DNA of 64,000 bases from a virus. The notes under the pieces are model-generated. The model did not search any database. It saw nothing but the letters and a program-made list of their open reading frames with translations, and had not been told where the DNA came from. Numbering within the stretch: position 1 is the first letter of the stretch; each line of letters begins with the position of its first letter. The translations under genes and the position numbers were made by a program. Location of the stretch: positions 11,522-75,521 of the IMG/VR virus record IMGVR_UViG_3300050019_000176; one strand, 5' to 3'. Shown in pieces: positions 23,266 through 33,214 of this stretch.

Positions 23266-23718
23266 TCACTTCTCCCTCGGTGCCTTCTTGTCCTTGAACC
23301 CAGCCTCTCGGCACCATAGGAGAATTGCAGCGATGGTGGTGACCGACCGCTCCTCGTGCTTCATGGCCTCGTCTTGCGCTTGGGAGTTCTCGAAGGTAGG
23401 CGGACCCCACATCCGCATCTCGTTCAGGAGTACGTGGCAGATCTCGTGCCTAACGATGCGGTCCAGTTCCGAGTCGCAATTGCAGGAAATCGCGTCCAGA
23501 TTCCAATGGAAGCAGACCGTATAATACTCCCAGGACACCGAAGCACGGGCGGTTGTCTCCGTGTTGGCATCGTTTCGGTTCCCGCTATCGGCACCGGCGG
23601 TTCCATCCCGGTGCCACATGTGGGTTACGATCCATGAACCCATGCCAGTAGGCGAACTCCATTTGGCGTAGAATTTTAGGACGCGGGCTCGCTGGATTCG
23701 GAATTCTTTATCCGTCAT
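23266..23718 (-). CDS. Zincin-like HExxH protein
   Basis: IVRHEICH..EER. Confidence 0.7.
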   Translation of the reverse strand: MTDKEFRIQRARVLKFYAKWSSPTGMGSWIVTHMWHRDGTAGADSGNRNDANTETTARASVSWEYYTVCFHWNLDAISCNCDSELDRIVRHEICHVLLNEMRMWGPPTFENSQAQDEAMKHEERSVTTIAAILLWCREAGFKDKKAPREK

Positions 23719-23826
23719 ACCTTCATTATCCACCGAATATTCTGGGTGATACCCACCTTTCGCTGCCCCACCTCGGCCACGAACTTGTTGTCCGGCCAAC
23801 CACTTCGCGTCAAAATAGAGGTAGCT

Positions 23827-24405
23827 ATGGCAACCAAGCAGGATACCGTCAATTTCAACCTTCCCCTCGATCTACCCAAGGGTGACTTCGAGGCGATAGC
23901 CAAAATCTCCAAAAGCGATGCCATCACCACCCTGAAATCCTGGGTTCCTTGGTGGCTGAAGAACCACCTCGGCGGTGGCATCATGCTCCAGCCAGAGCAT
24001 GTGACCTACCTCAACAAGCTGAAACCGGACGGCACGGCCTTCCGGGAGGCTACCGAGATCGTGAAGTGCGTCGAGAAGGCGTTGGGCCGGGAGGAAGGCC
24101 AATTCACCTTCCAGGTGGCCGTCGACCCGGCGCGGATTCCGGGCATCGAGCAGCGGGCGAAGGAGTGCTCCGTCGAGCCGCTCGACCTGATTCAGCGGGC
24201 GATCATGATCGCGCTGACGCACCCCGACCTGATGAATATCGCTTCCTCCATGGACCAGTCGCTGATTTTCGACAGGGACCAGTATCGAGAACTGGCGAAG
24301 CTGACTGGGACCGGGACGCCCTTCGGGGCGGACGTCCTGGCGGCGCTCCGTAAGTTGGTGCCGGCCGAGGCCGACCAACCGGAGCCTGCCGGGACGAAGG
24401 GGTGA
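23827..24405 (+). CDS. Hypothetical protein
   Basis: RBS GAGGT, 192 aa. Confidence 0.7.
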   Translation: MATKQDTVNFNLPLDLPKGDFEAIAKISKSDAITTLKSWVPWWLKNHLGGGIMLQPEHVTYLNKLKPDGTAFREATEIVKCVEKALGREEGQFTFQVAVDPARIPGIEQRAKECSVEPLDLIQRAIMIALTHPDLMNIASSMDQSLIFDRDQYRELAKLTGTGTPFGADVLAALRKLVPAEADQPEPAGTKG

Positions 24406-24408
24406 GCA

Positions 24409-24834
24409 ATGCCGATTTTCGAATTGGTCTGTCGCTCGGCACCAACCTGCCCGAACTACGGCAAGGTGGAGGAGGTGCTTCAGCACTTCGATGCGCAGGA
24501 CCCGTTCTGCCCGGAATGCGGCATCCAGATGAAGCGGCGGATCAGTGCTCCGCACGTCATCTGGACTAGACCGCTCGCCGCCTATGGTGATCCAAAAAAA
24601 GAGACTTATGAAAAAGATCTTCGTCGCGGGGGGCACTGGGTTGCGCGTAAGCGGAGCGGTGGAGGAACGCCAGAAAATCCCAAGTTCGAGTTGATTCGGA
24701 CACGGCAAGACCAAATCGCTTATTGCAAATCCGAGGGCCTAAGCGACCCTACTGATTTTTCCCCCAACGTGCGGGTTTCGCAGGACGGAAAGTCGTTCTC
24801 TTCTGGCGTTGGTGAACCAGGATGTTGGACGTGA
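24409..24834 (+). CDS. FmdB-like zinc-ribbon protein
   Basis: MPIFELVC..C..CPECG..MKRRISAP. Confidence 0.8.
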   Translation: MPIFELVCRSAPTCPNYGKVEEVLQHFDAQDPFCPECGIQMKRRISAPHVIWTRPLAAYGDPKKETYEKDLRRGGHWVARKRSGGGTPENPKFELIRTRQDQIAYCKSEGLSDPTDFSPNVRVSQDGKSFSSGVGEPGCWT

Positions 24835-24845
24835 AGGGAGTTGTG

Positions 24846-25061
24846 ATGAAGCCATCTTTGTGCAGGTGTGTCATTTTCTGCGAGAAGCGCGACGGTGCTC
24901 GGGCCGGTATGGAGTCCGCCGCCATCATTCACGGCGTCGGTGACATGACCGTCGATCTCACGGTATTCGGGCCTGGGTATGGGGCGCCGCGCATGATCTG
25001 CGACGTGCTCTACAACGAAGACGGGAAACCGGGGACCTGGCACTGGCCGGTGAAGGTCTAA
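24846..25061 (+). CDS. Small phage hypothetical protein
   Basis: AAII..VDLTVF..PGTWHWP. Confidence 0.7.
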   Translation: MKPSLCRCVIFCEKRDGARAGMESAAIIHGVGDMTVDLTVFGPGYGAPRMICDVLYNEDGKPGTWHWPVKV

Positions 25062-25074
25062 CGAGGTCTAAACT

Positions 25075-26937
25075 ATGTATGCGCTGCCCCGTGGTTCCAT
25101 TTACCGCGAAGATGGAGAGACCCAGTTTGACACAGGGTCTGGGTCATCTGGCTACATTCGGGCACTGGGAACGTGGCAGCAGGGTGCGGCTGAGGAAGCT
25201 ACCCGCACCGCCCGACTGAACGTCGAACTCGATCACATCGCCCGCTACATCAGTTTCATTCAGGGGAACCATTGGGATCCGCGCCGACCGCGGTACAAGT
25301 CCAGATTCGTGGACAATCGCGTGGGGAAGACCCGCTTCGATGTGCTGTCTCTGCTGACCAACCCCCGCCCCGTATTCGATGTTGGCACGAAGGTGGCAGA
25401 GTATCAGGACACCGCCGATGCCATCGAAGGGGTCATCCGCCACGAATGGCTCCACAACGATATGGACCTGAGCCTTGTGACGGCCACCGACATCTGCATG
25501 GCCTACGGAACGTCGTTCTGGAAGCAAGGTGCTTGCAAGCCCGGGATGATGAGGGTTTCGCCGTGTGGGCCGGATCAGGTTATGCCGATCCAACCGGGAA
25601 TGCACATCCAGGAATCCTCGGCTGTCTTGTACAAGACATACAAGCCGGTCCACTGGGCGCGGTCGCGGTTCCCCTTCCGGGCGGAGGACATTGAGCGAGA
25701 GGCGGCAGCGATCGACATCCGAACGGCCGCCGGCACGTCGACGTATGCGCGTCCAGGCCATATCGAGGAGTACGTCTGGCAGGGATTATCTCCGCAAATG
25801 CGGAGAATCGTCGGTGTGCGGCAGGAACCAACCGCCGCCGGCCAGGACTTCTTCAAGTCCTTGGAGATCAGGGAGTTCTACGTCGATGACCCAGAAGTGA
25901 ATGAGTCGAAGGAAACGGTGATCATGCGTGACCCGTACCTTTCGCTCGATGCCCACAACTGGTGGTACAGGGTCCGTCCCGGAGAGCGACTGTACCCACG
26001 GAAGCGGTTGCTGATCTTCGCTGGGCGCCGCGTCCTGTACGATGGCCCATCGCCGTTCATCCACGGGCTCTACCCCTTCTCGATGCTTCGGCTGAACCCG
26101 GTGTTCTATTCGTTCTGGGGTCTGTCGAAGTACCGTGATCTGATCCCATTGAACATGGCGATCAACGAGATCGTGGCCGGCGGACTGGACATGATCAAGC
26201 GGACACTGAATCCGCAGGCCATTACCAAGGAGAACGCCGTCAGCCAATCTGCGTGGCGCGAGTTCTTCAGCGATATGCCGGGTGCCAAGTTGCGCCTGCA
26301 GAACAACGCCAACCCCGCGACGGACTTCAAGTACCTGGATTCGCCGAAGATCTCGGCGGATGTCTTCACGATGTTGCAGGGTTGGTTGGATCCGGAGTAC
26401 CAGAAGATGTCCGGCATGTTCGATGTGACCGGCCTGATGGGAAAGAACCAAGTCCCCGGCGGCGACACGGTCGAGCAGATGCGCGATTCGCAGCAGACCG
26501 GTACCCAACTGGAGGGCCGCTACCTGGAAGCGTTCATCCGCGATGCCGGTGTCCAGGCCGTTCCGAACGTGGTCCAGTTCTACACCGCCAGCCGGACGAT
26601 GCAGATCCTCGGTGCCGCTGGGCTGGTACTGGCGCACGCCGATTGCAAGCCGGGAGAATTCACGCCGGCGGGTGTCGACCAAAGCCTATTCGCGAAGACG
26701 TTCGAGATGTCCATCGAACCGGGATCGCTGAGAAGTGGACACCATGATCGCGACAAACAGGTAGCAATTCAACTTGTAGCGATGGGCCTGATACCGATCA
26801 AAAAATTCTACCGGATCATGGAGTTCACGGACGCCGACCAAATGCTGGAAGAACTCAAAGAGCAATCGTCGGCCGGAATTTCTCCCGGTGCTGGTCCCAG
26901 GATGACGCGGGGCCAGAAAAACGGCCAAGCGGCCTGA
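25075..26937 (+). CDS. Portal protein (P22-like)
   Basis: 620 aa between terL and scaffold; G.HW..VDNR, YG.SFWK, YPF..FWGLS..DLIPLN..IN motifs. Confidence 0.9.
   Translation: MYALPRGSIYREDGETQFDTGSGSSGYIRALGTWQQGAAEEATRTARLNVELDHIARYISFIQGNHWDPRRPRYKSRFVDNRVGKTRFDVLSLLTNPRPVFDVGTKVAEYQDTADAIEGVIRHEWLHNDMDLSLVTATDICMAYGTSFWKQGACKPGMMRVSPCGPDQVMPIQPGMHIQESSAVLYKTYKPVHWARSRFPFRAEDIEREAAAIDIRTAAGTSTYARPGHIEEYVWQGLSPQMRRIVGVRQEPTAAGQDFFKSLEIREFYVDDPEVNESKETVIMRDPYLSLDAHNWWYRVRPGERLYPRKRLLIFAGRRVLYDGPSPFIHGLYPFSMLRLNPVFYSFWGLSKYRDLIPLNMAINEIVAGGLDMIKRTLNPQAITKENAVSQSAWREFFSDMPGAKLRLQNNANPATDFKYLDSPKISADVFTMLQGWLDPEYQKMSGMFDVTGLMGKNQVPGGDTVEQMRDSQQTGTQLEGRYLEAFIRDAGVQAVPNVVQFYTASRTMQILGAAGLVLAHADCKPGEFTPAGVDQSLFAKTFEMSIEPGSLRSGHHDRDKQVAIQLVAMGLIPIKKFYRIMEFTDADQMLEELKEQSSAGISPGAGPRMTRGQKNGQAA
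25623..25638. repeat. Dispersed palindrome copy 5
   Basis: TGTCTTGTACAAGACA inside the portal gene. Confidence 0.85.
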
Positions 26938-27042
26938 AAGAACATCCTCGGCAAGAAATTTGTGGACGCCAATTTCTCCACAGGCGAAAATAGGGTTGTG
27001 GAAGGTAACAGAAACAAGTAGTTGCGCCGATACTGAGCGCGG

Positions 27043-27321
27043 ATGGTACAAACTATGAAAAATCAGCAATCCTTTGGCGAGAAGGCACCCTTGAAGAAAG
27101 GCCCGAACTCAATGGAGCGTGAAGGGTTCACGGGCGGCCACACCCAGAGTTTCGCGACCAAGGCGCCGCTGGTGAAGAATGCGCCGAAGGCCGACACCTA
27201 CACCGGGTGCCCCGACGGCACGCGCCAGTCCTTCGGCGAGAAGGCTAAGTTGGATCGGACCCCGCGCCGGGAGTGGGACAGTTTCTCGACGCCGGCCTCG
27301 ACGGACCGGTCGACGAAGTAA
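27043..27321 (+). CDS. Small basic protein with three QSFGEKA-like repeats
   Basis: QSFGEKAPL / QSFATKAPL / QSFGEKAKL. Confidence 0.65.
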   Translation: MVQTMKNQQSFGEKAPLKKGPNSMEREGFTGGHTQSFATKAPLVKNAPKADTYTGCPDGTRQSFGEKAKLDRTPRREWDSFSTPASTDRSTK

Positions 27322-27338
27322 CCCCGGCTTGCCGGGAA

Positions 27339-27362
27339 TGTCTTGGGCAAGACATCTGGACA
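27339..27362. repeat. Dispersed palindrome copy 6
   Basis: TGTCTTGGGCAAGACA-TCTGGACA. Confidence 0.9.
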
Positions 27363-27387
27363 TCGACCCAAGACTTGAGGTGCGTCT

Positions 27388-27792
27388 ATGGCTCCTTCGG
27401 GAAGCTCGGGAAGGGATTATTCGATGCCGCCGCTGCCGCCGGATGTGACGGCGCAGCAGCAACCGCCGATCGCCCGCTATGCGCAGGCGCAGCAGACCGG
27501 TAACTCCGGCCCGGCGAGCACTCCGGACCCGTCGCACGGCGATGGGGCGAACATGGGATTCGTCAATGACTGCATGGGGCAAATCGCCCAGTTATTGACC
27601 AAGGTCGTGAAGGTAGTCGAAGTGGCACGGCCTGAACTGATGCCGATCTTGCAGCGAATGGCGCAGATGGGCAGCATGTTGACAAACGAAATTCAGTCGT
27701 CGAAGTCTCCGCAAGGAACGGGTTCCTCGCTGGCTCCCCCACAGGCGCAAATGGCCCCAGGGGAAGGCGCGGGTTCGGTCGGGATGTCGTAA
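27388..27792 (+). CDS. Pro/Gln-rich head morphogenesis protein
   Basis: RBS GAGGTG; lies between portal and scaffold. Confidence 0.65.
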   Translation: MAPSGSSGRDYSMPPLPPDVTAQQQPPIARYAQAQQTGNSGPASTPDPSHGDGANMGFVNDCMGQIAQLLTKVVKVVEVARPELMPILQRMAQMGSMLTNEIQSSKSPQGTGSSLAPPQAQMAPGEGAGSVGMS

Positions 27793-27835
27793 CTGTCCCA
27801 GATCCCCGAACTGGCTGCGTGTAGGCTAAGTCTCT

Positions 27836-28723
27836 ATGGCAAAAAACAATAACGCTTTTGACAATCTGCTGGCGTCGGCTTCCTGGGGAACCCCGGAGAG
27901 TCGGCAGGCATTCGAGGAACTGGCCACCAAGGAGCCATTTCTCAAAGAAGCGGTCATGTTGCGGTCGGACTACTCCAGGAATCTGGACGAACTCAAGCCC
28001 AAACTGGCGAAAGCCGAGGCGTGGGACACGTGGGAATCCGATAACTGGGATTTCGAACACAACATGACGAAAGCTGAGTACGTGCTGACACAGCGGAATC
28101 TGGACATCCAGACCAGCCTGGAGACGGCCGCACTGGGAAAAGGGGGCGAAGTGACATTCGACGATTTGAACAAGCACCTGGATGCAAAGATCAAGGCGCT
28201 GGGGATCGACCCGGCGAAACTCGTGAAGCAGGAAGATTTCGACAAGGCAGTCGGCAGCAAGGTTGAGGAAGCGCGGAACTACAACAACTACACCGCGAAT
28301 CTGGCCACCCGGGCGACGTACTGCATGCTGAAGCACAAAGAAGAATTCGGCGAGATTCTGGATCCGAACGATCTGTTCAAGTTCGCGCAGGAGAAGGGCA
28401 TCAGCGACATCGATGACGCCCACGCCAAGATGGTCGCGGACAAACGGCAGGCGAGGATCGACGCCAAGATCGCCGACGAGAAGAAGGCCGAACGTGAAGC
28501 CGGCCGGAAGGAAGGGCTCCAGGAGCGCGCGATGGGTGAATCGAACATGCCCACCGCCGACGGCTCCCCAGACATGGGGCACTTCCAGAAACGGCTGCTT
28601 TCCATCGGCGAGAAGAAAGACGGCGCCGGCGTGGTCGACGAAAGCGTTGGCCTCGGCCAGGGTGTCGCACAGCATGCTGCTCGGGTGTACGAGCAGAGGG
28701 CTATCGAGCAACGTAGCGCCTGA
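27836..28723 (+). CDS. Probable capsid scaffolding protein
   Basis: Charged helical 295 aa, LRSDYSR motif, just upstream of the capsid gene. Confidence 0.75.
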   Translation: MAKNNNAFDNLLASASWGTPESRQAFEELATKEPFLKEAVMLRSDYSRNLDELKPKLAKAEAWDTWESDNWDFEHNMTKAEYVLTQRNLDIQTSLETAALGKGGEVTFDDLNKHLDAKIKALGIDPAKLVKQEDFDKAVGSKVEEARNYNNYTANLATRATYCMLKHKEEFGEILDPNDLFKFAQEKGISDIDDAHAKMVADKRQARIDAKIADEKKAEREAGRKEGLQERAMGESNMPTADGSPDMGHFQKRLLSIGEKKDGAGVVDESVGLGQGVAQHAARVYEQRAIEQRSA

Positions 28724-28796
28724 ACTCCCGGCGTGGCGCGTTGACTTCGGTGGCGAACATAGGGGTAGTTTTAACTGAGCCTTGTGAGGGGTATCC

Positions 28797-30628
28797 ATGG
28801 CACTCTCTATCACCGAAGTCAATGCGTTCACCCAACAGGAGTTGGTTCCGCGAACCACTGACGTAATCTTCAAGCAGTCGCCGCTGTTCGTGCGTTTGAT
28901 GAATCGCCGGGCGATCAAGATCGACGGCGGCACGCAGATAAACTAAGAGGTAGCCTGTGTCTGCGTTAAATCTGGCTATATCGGTGGAACTCCTTGAACA
29001 ACCGGGCTACAACGGGCACGGCAAGGACAATACCGAGGTAAGACTGGGCTGAAATGAAAGAAATCAACCAACTCACGGAACCGCAGGTAGCGTACCTGGC
29101 AGGCTTGATCGACGGCGAAGGCACGATCTGCATGTCCAAGTGTAACCACGCAACCGGCGACCGTAAGGTTCGGTATCGGGTGAGGCTTACGGTCGTGGCG
29201 ACCACCTCGCTGGAAATGCTGGACTGGTTGGTCTCTGAAATTGGCGCTATACCCACCAAGGTCGGCACCCCAAAGTCTCCCAAGCATAGGCAGGGATGGA
29301 GGGTTTCTCTAGCCGAGAAGCAGGCGGAACAGCTTCTTGAGCGGGCGATGCCGTACCTGGTGATCAAAAAGCGCCAAGCAGGTCTCTACTTGCGATACCG
29401 GAGTCTCCAGAAAGCGTGTGGCAATCCAGCGCTCCGGTTGTCCAAGGAAAAGATGAAGGCAATGCGAGTGATCCGAGACTGCTTCTTGCAGGAATTCCGG
29501 AAACTGAATGCCAAAGGCCCAGAAACCGTATCGACTAATACGCCAGACATGATTTCCGAGTTTGAAATCATGAAGATAGAGTCAGGACTGCATGGTAACA
29601 TGCAGAGGGTAAACGGTGACGTTGCCCCGCCTACGGTACTGCAGTAACCCGTAGGTCATCAAGTAACAGAGCGTCAACGCCCGATCCAATACGCGAAACT
29701 AAACGGCGGGTTCTTCCAGCGCGGCGATTCCTTCAATACCGCCTTCGTGCAGACCGACACGGCCTTCCTTGTCAACTGGAAGCACGCGTACGTCAACATC
29801 ACGCTTTACGGCACCGATGACGTGCTGAACCGCGGGCGCAACGCCGCGTTCTCCCAGGTGGAGTCGAAGTTCTCCAACGCGTCGATGCGTATTGCCGAGA
29901 TCATCGCCAAGTCCATGTACATGGACGGCCAGGCGACCGTCGGCGCCACCGGCACCACCGGCAGCGATCCGTACTTCACGCCGGCCACGTCCCTGGACGG
30001 ACTGGCGGCCTGGATCGACGATGGCAACAGCAATTCCACCACGTACTCCGCCGCGACGACTCTGTTGAAGTCGTATCTGGCGGTGGGCGGCATCACCCGC
30101 AGCGACCTGTTTGCGACGGCCCCGACCTTCACCGGTGCGGTCACCCCGAACTCCGCAGTCGCCGGTGCCAATGCCTACACTCTGCGCAGTTTCAATTCGT
30201 TCACGCTGTTGGACGTGCAGAACGCCTTCGGCGCCGCGTGGTACGGCAACGAGTACCCCGACCTGATCGTCTGCAACATGAACGCGTTCAATAAGTTCTG
30301 GAATGCCGTCCAGTCCCTGCAACGCTACAACGACGAGCAGGCGGACGTGGCCAAGGTCGGCTTCCGGACCTTCCGGTTCAACGGCCTAACCGAAGTGACG
30401 GTGGACAAGTACATCCCCGACGATGGCACCAACGGCATGCTGTTCGGCCTGAACACCAACTACGTGGAACTGTACACCACCAGCAATCCGCGGTTCCAGT
30501 TCGGGTTCACCGGCTTCAAGGACGACCAGAAGACCATCGACCTCGCGGGACAGTTCCTGTGGGCCGGAAATTTGGTCTGCGCCAACCCAAGGACCTCGTT
30601 CAAGATGGTGGGAACTGCTTTGCTGTAA
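28797..30628 (+). CDS. Major capsid protein, spliced (exon 1 28797-28939, exon 2 29674-30628; 365 aa)
   Basis: Joined exons give 1098 nt in frame: MALSITEVNAFTQQELVP..SPLF..IDGGTQI|QRPIQYAKL..LDGL..PDLIV..GFRTFRFNG. Confidence 0.88.
28940..29673 (+). mobile_element. Group I self-splicing intron
   Basis: P1 ACGCAGAU/GUCUGCGU with U.G at the 5' splice site; P3 TCTGGC/GCCAGA; ATATCGGTG/AATACCGAG; P7 CGACTA/AAGATAGAGTC; terminal G. Confidence 0.9.
29054..29647 (+). CDS. Intron-encoded LAGLIDADG homing endonuclease
   Basis: AYLAGLIDGEGTI..PYLVIKKRQA. Confidence 0.93.
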   Translation: MKEINQLTEPQVAYLAGLIDGEGTICMSKCNHATGDRKVRYRVRLTVVATTSLEMLDWLVSEIGAIPTKVGTPKSPKHRQGWRVSLAEKQAEQLLERAMPYLVIKKRQAGLYLRYRSLQKACGNPALRLSKEKMKAMRVIRDCFLQEFRKLNAKGPETVSTNTPDMISEFEIMKIESGLHGNMQRVNGDVAPPTVLQ

Positions 30629-30686
30629 ACGACTTAGCGATGTGGGCTGCACTCAAATGTAGCCCACATAAACTGAGGAATTTGCC

Positions 30687-31304
30687 ATGAATAGGCTCAA
30701 CATCTTCGAAGACGTCACCTCGCTTGCAGCGTCCACCACGCTAGGCTACGGTCCGGGGCAAACCATCCCGGCCAGCCTGATGCTGGTCACTGCTGCCGCT
30801 ACGATTACCCTGCCGCCGATCCTGACCTCGACGCAGACGGTACTTCCCGGTCTCGTGACCGAGGGCGCTGGCTCTATCGAGATCACAATCCGCAGCGCAG
30901 TGGCTGGCACTGTGGCGCTGGCCGCCGCGTCCGGCGACACGCTGAACGATGCCTACAACCTGTCCGAGGTTGGCGCCCTGGTCACGCTTCGGTCCAATCC
31001 TTCGGATCGGAAGTGGTATCGGGTAAGGTCCGGCCTGACCAAAGGCTACCGGACGGTGGCAACCGGCGGAACCCTGTCGGCCAATGACCGAATCGTCACC
31101 ATCATCGGCGCCGGAACGACGGTTGTGCCAGCGCCATCCGCTGTCGAAGTTGGCATGCCGCTGACCATCCTGAATGTCACAGCAAGCCAAACTATCAATC
31201 CTTCGGTGAGTGAGACCTTCGATGGATTGGCTCACGTTACGCTCGCCGGGTATGGCAAGGTAACGCTGGTCACCGATGGCACCAACTGGATTTCCATCGC
31301 CTAA
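30687..31304 (+). CDS. Putative head decoration protein, copy 1
   Basis: Follows the capsid gene; two beta modules ITLP..W and TDGTNW. Confidence 0.7.
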   Translation: MNRLNIFEDVTSLAASTTLGYGPGQTIPASLMLVTAAATITLPPILTSTQTVLPGLVTEGAGSIEITIRSAVAGTVALAAASGDTLNDAYNLSEVGALVTLRSNPSDRKWYRVRSGLTKGYRTVATGGTLSANDRIVTIIGAGTTVVPAPSAVEVGMPLTILNVTASQTINPSVSETFDGLAHVTLAGYGKVTLVTDGTNWISIA

Positions 31305-31318
31305 GAGAGGAAAATATC

Positions 31319-31936
31319 ATGAACAGGCTCAACATCTTCGACGACGTCACCTCGCTTGCGGCGAGCACCACGCTGGGTTATGGACCGGGGCAGACGATCC
31401 CCGCCAGCCTCATGTTGGTCACCGCCGCCGCTACCATCACCCTCCCACCCATTCTGACCTCGACCCAGACGGTGCTCCCCGGCCTTGTGACCGAGGGTTG
31501 CGGATCGATCGAGTTCACGATTCGCAGTGCCGTCGCCGGCACTGTCGTCCTGGCCGCTGCATCCGGCGACACGCTGAACGACAGTTACAATCTGTCACAG
31601 GTCGGCTCCCAGGTTACCCTAAAGGCCAACCCGGCAGACCGGAAGTGGTACCGAACCAATGCCGGCGGAACCAAGGGATACCGAACGGTCGGCACCGGCG
31701 GAACTCTGACGGCTAACGACCAGGTCGTCAGCATCCAGGCCGCGGGCACGACCACGATGCCGGCGCCGGCTACGCTACAGATCGGCCAACCGCTGACCAT
31801 TTACAATGTGGCGGCCAGCCAAACCCTGGCACCGGCGTCCGGCGAGAACTTCAACGGCGCAGCCAATATCACGCTCGGTGCGTTGGGCAAGGTGACGCTG
31901 ATCACCGATGGCACCAACTGGCTGTCCATCGCGTAA
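31319..31936 (+). CDS. Putative head decoration protein, copy 2 (tandem paralog)
   Basis: Same length (205 aa), nearly identical N-terminal half. Confidence 0.7.
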   Translation: MNRLNIFDDVTSLAASTTLGYGPGQTIPASLMLVTAAATITLPPILTSTQTVLPGLVTEGCGSIEFTIRSAVAGTVVLAAASGDTLNDSYNLSQVGSQVTLKANPADRKWYRTNAGGTKGYRTVGTGGTLTANDQVVSIQAAGTTTMPAPATLQIGQPLTIYNVAASQTLAPASGENFNGAANITLGALGKVTLITDGTNWLSIA

Positions 31937-32000
31937 CCCGAACATTCGGGAAAGCGGCGCTGGTCGTTGCGGGTTACAAGCCCGCCGCGGCCAGCGCCGA

Positions 32001-32031
32001 TGTCTTGCACAAGACATTGGACATTTGGACA
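32001..32031. repeat. Dispersed palindrome copy 7
   Basis: TGTCTTGCACAAGACA-TTGGACA-TTTGGACA. Confidence 0.9.
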
Positions 32032-32053
32032 AAATAAGTGAAACAGGTGAACC

Positions 32054-33214
32054 GTGCAGTACAACGATACGCTGCAAAGTATGATCGGCTACGTCCGGAA
32101 TGTCAAACCTAACTGTCCGGCCCCACTTTGTCGGCAATTTTTGAACTCGCGTATACGCCAGATCATTGATGCCAAGCCTAATTGGGCCGGACTGATCAAG
32201 TACACCACAGTCAAAATCCCAGATGCTTTTGTCAGCGGTTCCATCAATCTAACGTCCGGTTCCCCAGTCGTGGCAGGCGTTGCAGCCACGTTCCCCACCG
32301 ATGACGTAGTCAATAGTGTCATTGCTGCTGGCGTAACAAGCACCGGCCTGCAATGGGTGGCTCCGGCATCGATGGACGGCATCACCGCGGACACCATCCT
32401 CTACGTCGATGCAGGTGGGACGAATCCCGAAATCGTCCCGGTCACCGAAGTCAGGTCCACCACGTTTCGGGCAAACTTCCGTTCGCCGCACAATGCGAAC
32501 GTCCCCATCACCTGCTCCAGCCTATCGGGCCGGCAATTGGTCACCGGTCTGACCTACCCCATTTTCACGGTTCTGGCCGTCAAGGACAGTTCCACGCTCA
32601 TCCTCGATGCTAAATGGAGCGGGACGTCACTGGCCAACATGTCGTACAGTATCCTGGGGATCTACTACACCTTCGCCACCGATATTAAGGAAATCCTCAG
32701 CATCGTGGACCCGATCCAACCGCTGGAGCTTTCGATCCACGTTCCACAGCGGTACATCGCTGTCCGCGACCCGCGGCGACAGACTGTCGGCTCGGCGCCG
32801 GAACTCTTCCTGGACCGTTCACCGAACCTGTGCGGAAATATGCAGTACGAGATCTACCCGCCGCAGTCCGCAGCCCGGCAGTTGAATATGCTCTATTACC
32901 AGCAGTGGCCGGACCTGGAAGCGCCCGGGGATCGACCACCGACGTTCATCAATCCCGGCGTGATACTTGATGGAGCGATGGCGGACGCGAAGCGGCACAA
33001 GGCGGAAGCGAACGACATCTACTACGATCTTGCGGCAGCACAGTACTACGAGCAGCGATTCATGATGGGTCTCGGCGATGCGATGAACGCCGACAACACC
33101 AAGGCGCAACAGCAACTGGAATGGAACTACCGGCAGTTGTACGGGATGGGCGGATTCGCCAGTAGCGGATCGTTCGCACAACAGCATGACGTTGGAGGTT
33201 ACCTTGACTACTAA
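32054..33214 (+). CDS. Probable head-tail adaptor with inserted beta domains
   Basis: Adaptor-like N-terminus (FLN..I..NW) and C-terminus (IYPP..YY..L..D.PP..ILDGA). Confidence 0.65.
   Translation: MQYNDTLQSMIGYVRNVKPNCPAPLCRQFLNSRIRQIIDAKPNWAGLIKYTTVKIPDAFVSGSINLTSGSPVVAGVAATFPTDDVVNSVIAAGVTSTGLQWVAPASMDGITADTILYVDAGGTNPEIVPVTEVRSTTFRANFRSPHNANVPITCSSLSGRQLVTGLTYPIFTVLAVKDSSTLILDAKWSGTSLANMSYSILGIYYTFATDIKEILSIVDPIQPLELSIHVPQRYIAVRDPRRQTVGSAPELFLDRSPNLCGNMQYEIYPPQSAARQLNMLYYQQWPDLEAPGDRPPTFINPGVILDGAMADAKRHKAEANDIYYDLAAAQYYEQRFMMGLGDAMNADNTKAQQQLEWNYRQLYGMGGFASSGSFAQQHDVGGYLDY

Noticed and set aside
30687-31936. Diversity-generating retroelement TR/VR pair
   Set aside because: Differences are not adenine-specific, both copies are full genes, and there is no reverse transcriptase in the window.
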